Assembly: GCA_965206595.1 (NCBI GenBank)
Contig: OZ242214.1
Span: 3,360,001 to 3,424,000 of the forward strand
Source of the DNA: Candidatus Latescibacterota bacterium
GTDB taxonomy: Bacteria > Latescibacterota > UBA2968 > UBA8231
Direction of reading: 5' to 3'
DNA: 64,000 nucleotides
In this document: positions 7,576 through 20,600 of the stretch, one piece after another
Layout: each line of letters opens with the position of its first letter
Position numbering within the stretch: position 1 is the first letter of the stretch
Program-made: the position numbers and the translations under genes
The notes under the pieces: model-generated
Seen by the model: the letters and a program-made list of their open reading frames with translations, nothing else
Databases searched by the model: none
Told to the model about the DNA's origin: nothing

Positions 7576-9393
7576 CTATTCCCACTCGACAGTGGCGGGC
7601 GGCTTGTGGGTGATGTCGTAGTAGACGGCCTCGATCCCGTCGAGGGCAAGCAGCCTCCCGGTTACCTCTGCCAGGAAGGCCTCCGGGAGGCGCTCGAAGC
7701 GGGCGGTCATGAAGTCGTCGGTGGTAACCGGGCGCAGCACGATGCTCTCGCCGCGCCCGTCCGAGGAGAGCGGCACCAGCACCGCCGGCATCTGCGTCAC
7801 CGCGGCCATCAGCCCGTGGCGTTCCAGGGCCTCCATGGCGATCGCGTCCGCCTCCCGCAGCAGGTCGAGCCGTTCCCGCGTCAGGTACCCCTCCTTGAGA
7901 CGCTGATCCAGTCTTCGCTCCGGTCCGAGCTGGAGGACGACGCGGTTCACCTGCGGCAGCCTGTTGGTCAGCTCCGTGCTCAGCCGCTCCAGGAGATCCC
8001 AGTCGAGGAGCCCCGGGGCTGCCCCTGGGCCGGAGATCCGCACCGGGTGGGCGTAGCTGCGGCCGTCACCCTGAACGCCGACGCTGCGCAGCGGCAGCAG
8101 GTCGGCGGTGAGGCCCGAGGCCACCGCTTCGGCCAAGACCTCGCCGGGCACCTGCGCGCCCCCAGCGCCGTTCGCTTCCCCATCGCTGCACAGTACCCGC
8201 ACCGCCAGGCCGGGTCCGGGGAACGGGTGGCGCCAGACCAGGTGGCGCGGCAGCCCGAGCTTCTCTCCCAGCTCCCGCACTTCGTCCTTGTACAGGTCGC
8301 CGAGGGGCTCGACGATCTTGCCTTCGGCGAGCAGCTGCTCGACGACGGGGACGCGGTTGTGGTGGGTCTTGATGGTCTCGGCGTGATCGGTCCCGCCCGA
8401 TTCGATGCGGTCGGTGTAGAGGGTCCCCTGCCCCAGCAGCCACTCCTCGGGATCGAGAGCGAGCTCTTCGAGGGCGCGGTCGCGGGTGCGGATGAACTCG
8501 TCGCCGATGCGCAGGCGCTTGACCTCCGGATCGCTGACCCCGGCGACCGCGGCGAGGAACTCCCGGCCGGCGTCGACGACCTTGAGGTTCTCGAACCCGG
8601 ATTCCCGCATCAGCACCGCGACCGTTGCCGTCTCGTTCTTGCGCATGAAGCCGTTGTCGATGTGCAGGCCGAGGACGCGGTCGCTGCCCAGGGCCCTGTT
8701 GAGGAGCAGGAAGCAGACGCTCGAATCGACGCCGCCGCTGACGAACAGGAACAGCTTGCGGCCGGCGCAGCGCTCCCGCAGGGAGGCCACCGACTCGCCG
8801 ATGAAGTTCTCCATCGTCCAGATGCGCTCGCACCCGCACAGGTCGAGGAAGTTGTCGAGAATCCGCATCCCCGACTCGGTGTGGGTGACCTCGGGATGGA
8901 ACTGCATGCCCCAGATGCGGCGTTCCCGGTCCCCCATCGCCGCCACCGGACAGTCCTCGGTCTCGCCGAGGCGCTCGAATCCCGGCGGCATTTCCGCGAC
9001 CGTGTCGCGGTGGCTCATCCAGATGCTTTCCACCGGCGCCAGGCCGCGCAGCACCCCGGTCGGCGAGAGCACGCGCAGCGACGCCGCGCCGAACTCCATG
9101 CGGTCGCCAGGTTCGACCCGCCCTCCGAGGTGGTGGCAGAGCAGCTGGTGGCCGTAGCAGAGTCCCAGCAGCGGCAGGCCGCAGGAGGCGATCTCCGGAT
9201 CGAACGGCGGCCGGTCCTCGGCGTAGACGCTCGCCGGCCCCCCGGACAGGACGATGCCGCGGGCGTGCCGCAGGCGGTCGGGGGGCGTGTCCGGCGGGAG
9301 GGTCTCGGCGTAGACGTTGAGGCGGCGGATGCGGTTGGCGATCAGGTGGGCGTACTGACCGCCGAAGTCGAGGACGGCGATGCCGGGGTTCAC
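7576..9393 (-). CDS. guaA: GMP synthase (glutamine-hydrolysing)
   Basis: LDFGGQY, GLCYGHQ, QFHPEV, SGGVDS, IKTHHN, HPFPGPGL and C-terminal KPPATVEWE. Confidence 0.96.
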   Translation of the reverse strand: MNPGIAVLDFGGQYAHLIANRIRRLNVYAETLPPDTPPDRLRHARGIVLSGGPASVYAEDRPPFDPEIASCGLPLLGLCYGHQLLCHHLGGRVEPGDRMEFGAASLRVLSPTGVLRGLAPVESIWMSHRDTVAEMPPGFERLGETEDCPVAAMGDRERRIWGMQFHPEVTHTESGMRILDNFLDLCGCERIWTMENFIGESVASLRERCAGRKLFLFVSGGVDSSVCFLLLNRALGSDRVLGLHIDNGFMRKNETATVAVLMRESGFENLKVVDAGREFLAAVAGVSDPEVKRLRIGDEFIRTRDRALEELALDPEEWLLGQGTLYTDRIESGGTDHAETIKTHHNRVPVVEQLLAEGKIVEPLGDLYKDEVRELGEKLGLPRHLVWRHPFPGPGLAVRVLCSDGEANGAGGAQVPGEVLAEAVASGLTADLLPLRSVGVQGDGRSYAHPVRISGPGAAPGLLDWDLLERLSTELTNRLPQVNRVVLQLGPERRLDQRLKEGYLTRERLDLLREADAIAMEALERHGLMAAVTQMPAVLVPLSSDGRGESIVLRPVTTDDFMTARFERLPEAFLAEVTGRLLALDGIEAVYYDITHKPPATVEWE

Positions 9394-9598
9394 GGCGTGC
9401 TCCCCCGGGGAGAGGGTGGCTGTCGAATGGCGGAGAGAGGCCGGAATATAGCTCCGGCGGACCGCAGTGCAACCGCTCGAGACCGCGGGGCGCGCCTGCT
9501 GTCGAGCCCGCGCGTGGAAACACCGGGCATGCCTTGCCCGGAATGGTTGCCGACAGGCGAACCCGTCCGAAAAAGGCCGGACGCGATCGCCGCCAGCC

Positions 9599-12340
9599 TC
9601 ACCGGACCAGGGTCATCTTCCGCCTCAGGACCAACGCCCCGACCCTGAACTCGCAGAAATACACCCCGGACCCCGCCCGGTACCCGGAGTCGTCGGTGCC
9701 GTCCCAGACCGCTTCGTAGATCCCCGGGGCGGCCGGGGCCCTGGCCAGGCGGCGCACGAGGCCGCCGCTCAGGGAGCGCACCTCCAGGGACATATCCGCC
9801 TGGTGCGACAGCGACGCGTGGATGATGCCGACGGCATAGCGGATCCGGGTCGAGGCGTTGAACGGGTTGGGGAAATTCTGCTGCAGCTCGAAGGCGACCG
9901 GCACGCGGGGATCGAAGTTCAGCCAGGGACGCCAGGCGACCGGACCGGAGATGCGCTCGGCGATCCAGGTTTCGTCGTCTCTTCCCCACCAGTTGTTGTC
10001 GGCCAGCAGCTCCAGCGTGGACTCGTTGTCGATCAGCCGGATCGCCCCCTCCACGGCGTTGAGCTCGAGACGTTCGGGCACGCGGAGACCGGAGACCTGG
10101 AAAACCAGTTCGCTATCGGCGAAGTAGTTGCCGACGATGCTGAGCCCGGCGCTCTCGGCGATCACGGCGACGCGGTTGCCCTCGAACTGGTTCTGCTCGA
10201 TCGACACCTCCACCGAGCCCCGGGCGAGCACCCCCGTGCCCCCGGTAAAGCGATTGCCCTTGACGATGCCTTGGGAGCGGCGGCCCAGGACGAGGTTGGC
10301 GGCATCCTCGGTCTCCTCCCCGTTGCCCTCGAATTCGCTGTCGAAGCAAACAAACCGGCCCCCGACCCGCACCAGGCCGCTGGCGGCGCTGCCCTCGATG
10401 CGACTGTCGGCCACACGCACTATCCCCGCCGGTCCCGTCACTACGACGCCGTTGGCGCCGGCGTTGCGAACCAGCAGGTCCTCGAAGACGATCAGGGCGT
10501 TTTCGGAGTTGATCCGCACCCCGTCTGCGGCCGTGTTGGAGATCGTCACGCTTTCGAGGTCGAGGGAGTTGTGGAGGCCCTCCGACATGATCGCCACCGC
10601 GGCGAAGTCGATGTCGCAATCCCGCAGGGTGAGGCTTCCCGAAGAATGGATGTGGAATCCGCCCCAGTCCCCCGGCGCCGGCCGGGGCCCGGCTGGCATC
10701 ATGCGGCTGCGACGGCCCCCGGAGAAAGCGGTGAAATCCCCCAGGAGGCGGATCGCGCAGCGGTCCGGATCACCCCCGCTGCGGCGCTGGTCCTCCGTCA
10801 CCAGCACCGTCGTCCCGTTCAGCATTCTCACCGTCGCCTCCGGTTCGACGTAGAGGTCGCCGACCAGCTCCATGGTGTCGGCCCACACGTCCTCTGTTGC
10901 GATGATTCCGGCGCGCCTGCGGTCGTTCAGATCCACGTCGGCGACCATCGCCTCCCCCTGGCGGCGGATGTTCGAGATGCTGATCCCCCTCGGTGCGGCT
11001 GGATTGGAGACGACGGAGTATTCGGTGAAAAGCGTGCCGTCGAAGACGTCGGTGGCGTCTCCGGAATTGCCTTGAAAACGGGTGTTGTACTCCTCGTCCC
11101 GGGACCAGAAATCGAGGTTGTCGCGGCCGAAGTCGTACCCCTTCTCCCTGCCTTCCGGATACCCGGCGTCGAGGTAGAGCCCGTCCGCGCAGACCAGGTC
11201 GACCTTTTTCAATGCTTCCTCGTTGTTGCCGAAAGCTTTCTCGTCTACTTCCCAGACAAGCAGGCCCTCGGCCGGCAGGTTGCGTTCGTAATAGCTGTTG
11301 GCGCGCCCTCGATGCTCGACGAGGAGGTAGCGGGACTCGTTCACCTGTATGAGGACGACCTCACCGCCGGCGTTCACGTCCGCGAAGACCAGGCCTTCGG
11401 CGTCGGAATCCAGGCGGCGCAGGCGGCTGTTGGCCACCCCGAGCCAGCCCAGCTTCGCCAGGCTCCAGGAGCACAGGGGGTTGGGCCCGCCCCCGCCCCA
11501 GCCGAGGGCCCCGTGGCCCATCAGGCCCCAGCTGCCGATTCCCGCCGACTGTCTGGAGGGAGGGATCTGCTCTTGCGCCTGGAGGACATCGGTATCGTAC
11601 AGATCCAGAAGCCCGAGGGTGTGGGCGAACTCGTGGCACATGTTGCCTGCGGCCGCGGCGAAGTTCGAGCCCTGCTGCGTCACCCCTTTATCTATGCGGA
11701 TGAACCCCCCGTTTGCGCCGCGGTCGTCGGTCCGGTAGGAACTGGTCGACAACCCCAGGGAGGCGATCCCGGTGGCGTTTCGGATGATGAACCCCGGCGG
11801 CGCCGAGCGGGTGATAACGAACAGGAAATCGACGATGCCGTCGTCGTCTCCGGAATCGGGCACCCCGTCGGGCCCGTCGTTGTCGAACTGGCTGTAGTCG
11901 ACCTCCCTGTCGGAGGCGGCGAGCAGCTCGGTGACGTACTCGCCAAAACGCCCCCGCTCTCCCTCGACCGGGCTGATGTAGTCCGAGGCCGGCCCGGCCG
12001 CGGAGTATTCCTTCGGCAGGACCGAGCCGGTGATCTCGTACTGGCCCCGCGACATCTCCGAGTAGAAATGGGTGACGCTTCCAGGGAGGCCGGGATCGAA
12101 GAGGTCCTCGGCGAAGCCGGGTGGGGCGTTGCCGGGGCGCTCCTGGTCCGCGAAGCGGCCGAACAGGGCGACGGCATGGACACGGCCGGTAACCGGAGTC
12201 GCATCCAGGATCTTCTGCGTGGGTTTGGCCGCGGCGTGGGCGCACTGGAATCCTGCCTCGACAGCCGGCGCCCCCGTCTGCCCCCCGAGCAGCAGGGCGG
12301 CGCAAAGGCCGCCTTCCGCGAGCGGGAAGCGGCGCGTCAT
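9599..12340 (-). CDS. Secreted M6-family (immune inhibitor A-like) zinc metalloprotease with beta-helix region and FlgD/T9SS-like tail
   Basis: Signal peptide from ATG 12340 (MTRRFPL...); DNDGPDG.PDSGDDDG; HEFAHTLGLLDLY; W.LMG.G; LLVEHR; C-terminal NFPNPFN...WDGTD...SGVYF. Confidence 0.85.
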   Translation of the reverse strand: MTRRFPLAEGGLCAALLLGGQTGAPAVEAGFQCAHAAAKPTQKILDATPVTGRVHAVALFGRFADQERPGNAPPGFAEDLFDPGLPGSVTHFYSEMSRGQYEITGSVLPKEYSAAGPASDYISPVEGERGRFGEYVTELLAASDREVDYSQFDNDGPDGVPDSGDDDGIVDFLFVITRSAPPGFIIRNATGIASLGLSTSSYRTDDRGANGGFIRIDKGVTQQGSNFAAAAGNMCHEFAHTLGLLDLYDTDVLQAQEQIPPSRQSAGIGSWGLMGHGALGWGGGGPNPLCSWSLAKLGWLGVANSRLRRLDSDAEGLVFADVNAGGEVVLIQVNESRYLLVEHRGRANSYYERNLPAEGLLVWEVDEKAFGNNEEALKKVDLVCADGLYLDAGYPEGREKGYDFGRDNLDFWSRDEEYNTRFQGNSGDATDVFDGTLFTEYSVVSNPAAPRGISISNIRRQGEAMVADVDLNDRRRAGIIATEDVWADTMELVGDLYVEPEATVRMLNGTTVLVTEDQRRSGGDPDRCAIRLLGDFTAFSGGRRSRMMPAGPRPAPGDWGGFHIHSSGSLTLRDCDIDFAAVAIMSEGLHNSLDLESVTISNTAADGVRINSENALIVFEDLLVRNAGANGVVVTGPAGIVRVADSRIEGSAASGLVRVGGRFVCFDSEFEGNGEETEDAANLVLGRRSQGIVKGNRFTGGTGVLARGSVEVSIEQNQFEGNRVAVIAESAGLSIVGNYFADSELVFQVSGLRVPERLELNAVEGAIRLIDNESTLELLADNNWWGRDDETWIAERISGPVAWRPWLNFDPRVPVAFELQQNFPNPFNASTRIRYAVGIIHASLSHQADMSLEVRSLSGGLVRRLARAPAAPGIYEAVWDGTDDSGYRAGSGVYFCEFRVGALVLRRKMTLVR

Positions 12341-12795
12341 CGTACTGCGGGATCGGCGTTGTGCCGTTTGCGCCCTGGTTTCATCCAAGTTTCCGGATAG
12401 GGCTGCTGACTGTAACTGCGCGCCATTCCGCGTGAGTCCTGGACGGTGTTGCCGGCGATGCGCATACACGGCGCGGAAAGCCGGGACAAGCCGCGATTGT
12501 GCAGCCCGTCGACGGCCTCCCGGAATCCGCGGGGTCACCGGTCCGCTTCGGAAATCGTACGGGCAGGTGCGCTCCGGCCGCCGGCCGAAGCGCTCGATGT
12601 TCCGGACCGACACCTCCCGCGGTTCGCGGGGTCAACGGGCTGGCTCCCGGACTCGTCCGGCCACGCCCGTCGTCTTTACGACGATTCGGGTAAGGTCCCG
12701 GTTTCTGGGGATCTGCCCCGCCGCGCCGGTCGCTGACTATCCGAAAGGAGCGGGAATGTAACGAGGCGCCCGGGCGGGCGCTTTTGCCGGCCTCG

Positions 12796-14502
12796 TCAGT
12801 TCCCTGCCAGGTCGAGCTGCAAGCTGGCGAGATGGCCGTCCTCGCGCCCGCGGCGGCGCTCGAAGCGGTAGCGGAGGGACGCGGCGACAGGCGCCTTTCC
12901 CAGCTCCAGGAGCCCGTACGCTCTCCAGCCCTCCCCGTTGAGGGCGCGGATGCTGACGGCGCCGGGAAGGTCGTACTCGAACTCGTAGATGCGAGCGTCC
13001 CACGAGTCGACGCGGAAGCGGCTGACGTGACCGGTACAGCGCAGCCCTCCGAGGCGCAGCCGGGCGGAGACGGAGGCGTTGGCGGCGCGGTCGGTCTGCG
13101 ATCCGGTCACCCGTCCGGTCTCGAGGCGGAGGCGGATCATCTGCAGGCGGCCCTCCCCCTTTCGCTGCAGGTCGAAGCGGACCTTGCGCGACTTTTTTTT
13201 CCTGGCGGTCCCCTCGATCCAGACCGGTGTCAGCCGCTGCCGGAGACTGAGTTTCGGATTCCAGGCCGCCAGCCGCGCGAGAGCCGGCCGAAGTCCCTGA
13301 GGGCCGCGGCTGCGCAGCGACTTCAGCGGCCGGGCGAGGTTCCACTCGGCGCCGAAGAGGGTGTGCTCGCTCGCCATCGGGTAGAAGTAGGTCCTCTCCG
13401 GGCGCCGGTAGCGGGCGCCGTAGAAGCTCAGACCTGTCCGCCGGTGCCCGACCACCACCAGGACCCCGCGCTCGTTCTTCATGCCGCCGGCCCCCGGGGC
13501 GCCGCCGAAGAAGGCGTGGTACCCCGGATCGTACGCCCGGAGCAGAACCCCGGCGGTCAGCCGCCTCCCTGACAGCCGTAAACCCCCGACCCACCCCAGG
13601 TGGCCGCGGTCCTGAACCGCGAGCTCCCCGAAACCCTGGAACCTGCGGGCGCGCCAGACCAGGTCGAAGCCCGCGGTCGACTGCCGGCGGCCGTTGAAGG
13701 CGTACTCGACGCGTCCCGGCCGCCGCATATCGACGAAGCGGGAGAACCGCACCTTGAGCAGGGTCGTTCCGATAGAGAGCCTGCCGCGCTCGCCGCGCAG
13801 CCGCAGCACCCCGACCTGGCCGCGGAGCCGGTCGGCATTGCGGCGTTCCGCGGGGCTCACGTGGTAGCCGCTCTCCGGCAGCGAGGTGACGCTCCCGCCG
13901 TCGTCCACACGGGCGTCGAAGCGGATGGCGCCGGCTGATGCCGCGGCCTCGATGCCGGGCCAGCGCCGGCGCAGCGACAGCCCCCGGAGGGAGTGGTTCT
14001 CCGCGGAGGAACGGTACCCCGTCGCCCGGCTGTCGCGCCGCGGCCTGGGCATGGCCGCCGCCCCCCCGCGCCCGCCGTGGCGGCTGAACACCAGCCCCTG
14101 GGCGAAACCCGGTCTCAGGTCTCCGGCGACCGCTTGGAAGCCGGCGAGGTTCGCGGACACGTAGGCGCTGGCGAAATCCCTCCAGGAGCGCTCCCCCGGA
14201 TCCTTCTCCGCCAGCGCGTACAAGGCGGGCCCGTCCGGGGCCTTCCATTCGAGCCGCTGGTACATCCTGGCCTGCCGGTACCCCGGCTCACGGTTTTGCA
14301 GACGCCAGCGCGCCGACCAGCCCAAAGCGGTGAGATCCGCCAGGCGGCTTGCCAGGGAGGCGTCCGCGGCGCCCTCCTCGAAGACGAGGGCGTCGGCATC
14401 CTCCTCTTCCAGGGACGCGTCCGCGGCAACTGCAACCGCGAGGAAAGCCGGAGCGAGAATTGCGGCGGCGGCGACCGCCGCGGTGCGCGTCCTCGTAAAC
14501 AT
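12796..14502 (-). CDS. Putative outer-membrane beta-barrel protein of the FCB 'helix-hairpin-helix/ComEA-annotated' family
   Basis: Signal peptide; EKDPGE, GD.RPGFAQGL, SGYH, NERG and RIYEFEYDLP motifs; amphipathic beta strands. Confidence 0.55.
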   Translation of the reverse strand: MFTRTRTAAVAAAAILAPAFLAVAVAADASLEEEDADALVFEEGAADASLASRLADLTALGWSARWRLQNREPGYRQARMYQRLEWKAPDGPALYALAEKDPGERSWRDFASAYVSANLAGFQAVAGDLRPGFAQGLVFSRHGGRGGAAAMPRPRRDSRATGYRSSAENHSLRGLSLRRRWPGIEAAASAGAIRFDARVDDGGSVTSLPESGYHVSPAERRNADRLRGQVGVLRLRGERGRLSIGTTLLKVRFSRFVDMRRPGRVEYAFNGRRQSTAGFDLVWRARRFQGFGELAVQDRGHLGWVGGLRLSGRRLTAGVLLRAYDPGYHAFFGGAPGAGGMKNERGVLVVVGHRRTGLSFYGARYRRPERTYFYPMASEHTLFGAEWNLARPLKSLRSRGPQGLRPALARLAAWNPKLSLRQRLTPVWIEGTARKKKSRKVRFDLQRKGEGRLQMIRLRLETGRVTGSQTDRAANASVSARLRLGGLRCTGHVSRFRVDSWDARIYEFEYDLPGAVSIRALNGEGWRAYGLLELGKAPVAASLRYRFERRRGREDGHLASLQLDLAGN

Positions 14503-14672
14503 GGCCCAGGGGCGGCAAATCCCGTACCCGCGCGCCCCTCTCCGGGGGCGACGCCCGAATGTGTGATTTCGCACACATCCCGTTTCCCCTGGAACACGTT
14601 TGACCGCGGCGCCGCGGCCGCGGCATCTTGGACATCCCCGCCCCGACCACCCTTGCCCGCGGAGCGCGCCCC

Positions 14673-15491
14673 GTGAAGTTCGGAACCTGCAACGAGTACT
14701 TTGAAGACTGGCCCCTCGAAGAGGTGTTCGACTACGCCGCGGCCATCGGCTACGACGGCGTCGAGATCGCCCCCTTCACCCTGGCCGGGTCGGTGGAGAA
14801 GATCCCCGCCTCCCACCGCACCGGGATCCGCCGCGCCGCAGAAGCCGCCGGCGTCGAGATCATCGGCCTGCACTGGCTGCTGATCAGTCCCGAGGGCCTC
14901 TACACCAACCACGTCGACGACGGGATCCGCAATCGCACCCGCGACTACTTCCAGTCCCTGATCCGGTTCTGCGGCGACTTGGGCGGAGGCGTGATGATCA
15001 TCGGCTCGCCGAAGCAGCGGAACGTGCAGGAAGGCTGGGACTTCGGCGAGACCTGGGACCGCACCCGTGCCGTCTTCGAGGACTGCCTGCCGCTCGCCGA
15101 ACGGCACTCCGTCTACCTCTGCATCGAGCCGCTCAGCGCCGACCAGACCAATTTCATCACCACCGCGGCCGAAGCCCGCCGCATGGTGGCCGAGATCGAT
15201 CACCCGAACTTCCGCACGATGATCGACTGCTGCAGCGGCTCCACCGAGGAGCGCAGCCTCGCCCAGCTGCTCGCCGACTCGGGGGAGCAGCTCTACCACG
15301 TCCACGTCAACGACGCCAACAAGCGCGGACCCGGCTTCGGCGACACCGATTTCACCCAGGTGATGAAGAAGCTGCGGGAGCTGGAGTACTGCCGCTACGT
15401 GTCGGTCGAGGTGTTCGACTTCGCCCCCGATCCGCGCACGATCGCCGCGGGAAGCCTGAAGTACTTGAAAGGGATCGCCGCGGCGCTCTGA
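14673..15491 (+). CDS. Sugar phosphate isomerase/epimerase (AP endonuclease 2 TIM barrel, D-tagatose 3-epimerase-like)
   Basis: GYDGVEIAP, CIEPL...TNF, HVHVND..RGPG.G, SVEVF. GTG start at 14673. Confidence 0.85.
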   Translation: MKFGTCNEYFEDWPLEEVFDYAAAIGYDGVEIAPFTLAGSVEKIPASHRTGIRRAAEAAGVEIIGLHWLLISPEGLYTNHVDDGIRNRTRDYFQSLIRFCGDLGGGVMIIGSPKQRNVQEGWDFGETWDRTRAVFEDCLPLAERHSVYLCIEPLSADQTNFITTAAEARRMVAEIDHPNFRTMIDCCSGSTEERSLAQLLADSGEQLYHVHVNDANKRGPGFGDTDFTQVMKKLRELEYCRYVSVEVFDFAPDPRTIAAGSLKYLKGIAAAL

Positions 15492-15795
15492 CCTGCGACC
15501 GAACGAGTTTTCTGGCCGTCCTGGTTGAGTCTGCCAGCACAGGCAACCCCGCCGAAGGAACGCTGTTCCGACAGGCGTAGAATTCCATGCACCCGGCTGC
15601 CGCTTCGCACCCGGTCGCCCTGCCGGACTACCTGCAGCCCAAAACGGTGTTTACGGTTATTGACAGACAGAGGCGAATGCTTAGCCTTCGACCCCCGGAA
15701 CCGCCTGACAATCACTGCGTTGCGAGGGCTTTCCGCCTTCCGCCCGAGCCCGCAACTTTCCCAATTACAGCACCAAAATTGAGCCAGGAGCAGAC

Positions 15796-16167
15796 ATGCC
15801 GACCTATTCCCTGAATCACGTGCACCACGAGTCCACCGACGTCCATGCCGCCGCGGACTGGTACGTCCGGATGTTCGACGCCACCGCGGACGAGCCGTTC
15901 GAGCGCGGCGGAGCCACTTGGCTGCGGGTCCACATCGGCGAGGTCACGGTGACGATCACCGACCGCGAGTTCTCCGCCATGGATCTGGGCCGCTACCAGG
16001 GGCTCGATCACTTCGGCCTCGACAGCGACGACTTCGACGCCACCCTGGCACGGATCGAAACGGCCGGCGTCGACATCTGGGCCGGCCCCCTCGAGGCCGA
16101 GGGGATGCGCATCGTCTTCATCAACGGGCCCGACAACGTCAAGATCGAGCTGATGGAGAAGAAGTGA
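15796..16167 (+). CDS. VOC/glyoxalase family protein
   Basis: LNHVH, LDHFGL and GPDNVKIEL; AGGAG ribosome-binding site. Confidence 0.85.
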   Translation: MPTYSLNHVHHESTDVHAAADWYVRMFDATADEPFERGGATWLRVHIGEVTVTITDREFSAMDLGRYQGLDHFGLDSDDFDATLARIETAGVDIWAGPLEAEGMRIVFINGPDNVKIELMEKK

Positions 16168-16195
16168 CCGCTCCTTCTGCAGAAGCGTCTGGTTC

Positions 16196-17635
<1,440 letters not shown>

Positions 17636-17641
17636 ACCCCG

Positions 17642-20600
17642 CTACCTCAGCAGGGAGATCTTCCTCCCCTCGCTGAAGTCCCCTGCCCGCAGCTCGATCA
17701 GGTAGAGGCCGCTGGCCGCCCTGTTTCCAGAATCGTCGAGCCCGTTCCAGTAGACGGCGTGGCTGCCCGCCTCGAGGTCGGCGGAGACCAGGGCGCGCAC
17801 CAGACCTCCGCGCAGGTCGTATACGCGCAGCTCGGCGCGCTCCGGCCGGGGCAGGTCGAAGCGCAGGTGGGTGCGGCTGTTGAACGGGTTGGGCCAGGCC
17901 TGGTGGAGGGCGAAGCGCTCGGGAAGCCCCTCCGCGGACGCCTCCACCGCGGTATCATGGAGAGGTTCGCTGGTCAGGAACGGGCGCCAGTCGACCTCCC
18001 CCTCAAGCAGGGCGGCGATGGCGACGCTGTCCGCCGTGCCCCAGTAGTTTCCCCGGGCATTCACCGGCAGCCCGGATTGGTTGGCGATTGCGGTGCGGTT
18101 GTTGACGAAGGAGTTGCGGGTGATCTCCCCTGGCACCCGGGAGCCGCTGATGGCCACCGCGGTGAGGTTGTTCTCGAACCGGTTGTCGATCAGCCCGGGC
18201 GCCGAATCGACCGACTCGACGCCGAAGGAGCCGTTGCGGAAGATGGAGTTGCGCGCCGTCAGGCCCTGGACTCCGGTCAGCGCCATCCCCGAGCTGCTGG
18301 CGAAATCGCTCATGTCGATCAGCCCGGTGGTGCCGCCGCTCAGCACCAGTCCGGTGCCGACGTTGTCCTCGAACAGGGTCGTCCAGACCTCCATGCGGGA
18401 ATCGGCGAAGACCGCGCCGTGGCCGATGTTGCGGGAGACGACCACGTCCTCGAACACCATCCGGGCGAGGCCGCTGCCGAGGATGCCGTTCCTGCGATTG
18501 CCGGTTATCTCGCAGCCGTGGAGCTCGACCTCCCCTTCCCACGGGTCGAGCTGCAACCCGTGCAGGGTGCTGCCGGTGACCGTGCACTTCCACAACTCGA
18601 TCTTCTGCCCCCGCCCCCCTTTCGCCAGCAGGCCGGAGCGCGGGTCCTCGTCGTCGAGCTGCCCCGACGACACGATGCTCGTCGAGATCGCCAGCAGGTT
18701 GCTGTTGCCCAGCGAGATCCCCTCCCAGCCGATGTTCTCGATGACGCTGTTGCGCACCCGCACCAGCCCGGTTCCCGAGGCCCGCAGCGCGTTTCCGGCG
18801 ACCTCCTTCAAGGTCGACCCGTCGATCGTCAGCTCGCCGAGCACGAACAGGTTGATGCCGTGAACGGTGCGCCGGACGGTGGCGTTCTCCAGGTGCGCCC
18901 TCCCTCTGCCGGAGACCTCTCCGCTCACCGCGAAGCCGCTCTGACTGATCTCGAGATGGGAGGCCTCTATTACCCCGTCCGCTTCCAGCACCAGACCGTA
19001 CCAGAGCGAATCGCTCGACGGCGAGTCGACGGTGAGCTTCACCGGGCCGGCGGGAGTGCCGGCTATCTTCAGGCTGCCTTTTACCACGAGTTCGGTCAGC
19101 CCCGGATTCTCCCCCCGCCCGGAGAGGTCGCTGGGGGCGAAGCGCACGGTCGCGCCGCTGTCGATCACCAGCTCGGAAGCCGGCGAGACGTGGACGTCCC
19201 AGGGCAGGATGCGGTCCTGCGACCAGGTCGTGACCCCGGCCGGCAGCCGCTGCCGCACGAGCCCGTAGCGCGAGTTTTCGACCAGCAGCCCGCCGGCGGC
19301 CGCGGCCTGCTCCACCTCCCCTGAACCGCCCGTCATCAGCAACAGGCCGAGCCAGTCGCCGGAGCGCGGTCGCTCCTCGGCCGACTCGATGACCACCGGG
19401 TCTGCGGAATCCCCGCGCACCTCGAGCTCGCCGTAGACGATCATCTCGCCGAGGCCGCGGTCGAAGCCCGCGGAGCGGCTGTCGCCGCGTTTGAAACGCA
19501 CCCGGGTGCCGGCCTCCAGGACCAGGCGCACCCCCGGCTCGACGACGACGTCGCCGTCGACCTCGACCTCCCCGGACCAGACGGCGTCGGCCGAGACGTT
19601 CCCCTCCACGGGCTGGCGCACGAGGATGTCGAGGCCCATGCGGCCGCCGCCGAGGTCGCGGATGTTCTCGAGGGCGATGCCGAGAGGCACGCCGCGCTCG
19701 AAGCGGGCGTGGGCTTGCAGGCCGGGATTGGTGTTCAGGTCGGCGCGCTCGAAGCGGTCGCCGTCGAAGGGGTCGGTGGCGTCCCCGCGGTTGCCGTTGT
19801 GGTCGTTGGCGTAGGTCTCGTCACGGGCCCAGAAATCGAGGTTGTCGCGGCCCCCGAAACGGTCCGGTTGCTCGCCGGGAAAGCCGCGGTCGGCGAACAG
19901 TCCATCGGCGCAGACGAGGTCGACCTGCTTGTGGCGCTCCTCGTCGTTGTCCGCCCCCTCGTCGACGTGCCAGACCAGCAGCCCGCCCGCGGGTATGTTG
20001 CGGTTGTAGAAGCTGCCGGAGTTCTGGCGGTTCTCGACCAGGAAATACTCCTCCTCGGAGACCGGGATCCGGTACACCTGCCCGCCGCGGTCGATCTGCT
20101 CCATCTCGAGGCCGCGCAGGGATCCGGTGACTTCGACGAGGTTCCCGTTCTCCTTGCCGAGCCAGCCCAGCTGCGCCAGCGACCAGGCGCTGAAGGGGTT
20201 GGGGCCGTCCTCGACGCCCCAACCGAGGGTCCCCAACCCCATCAGTCCCCACTTGCCGATCCCGGCGCCGTCGAGCCCCCAGTCGATCTCCCTGCCGAGA
20301 AGCACCGTCGATTGGTCGAACAGGTCGGGGAGCCCGAGGACGTGGGCGAACTCGTGGCACATGGTCGCGGCGGTCACGGAGAAGACGTGGCCCCGCTGGG
20401 TGGTCCCCCCGAAGCCCGAGAAGCGGCCGCGAACGCGGATGAATCTCCCGCCGGCGGCCGCGTCGTCGCTGATGAAGTCGGTGTCGAACCCGAGAGTGGC
20501 CAGCCCGGTCGCCGTGCGCAGCAGGAAGTTCACCGGCACGGTGAGCAAGTTGATGAAGACGATGTCGACGTAGCCGTCGTCGTCCCCGGAATTCGGCATC

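Noticed and set aside
6592-12400. Very long alternative-frame ORFs (6592-9648, 9467-12400; likewise 37302-40286 and 37051-39942)
   Set aside because: Arg/Pro/Gly-rich shadow or antisense frames of real genes, as expected in high-GC DNA; no recognisable motifs.
12341-12795. Possible ncRNA or riboswitch in long intergenic regions (also 15492-15795 and 58446-58706)
   Set aside because: No recognisable conserved motif by eye; an Infernal scan would be needed.
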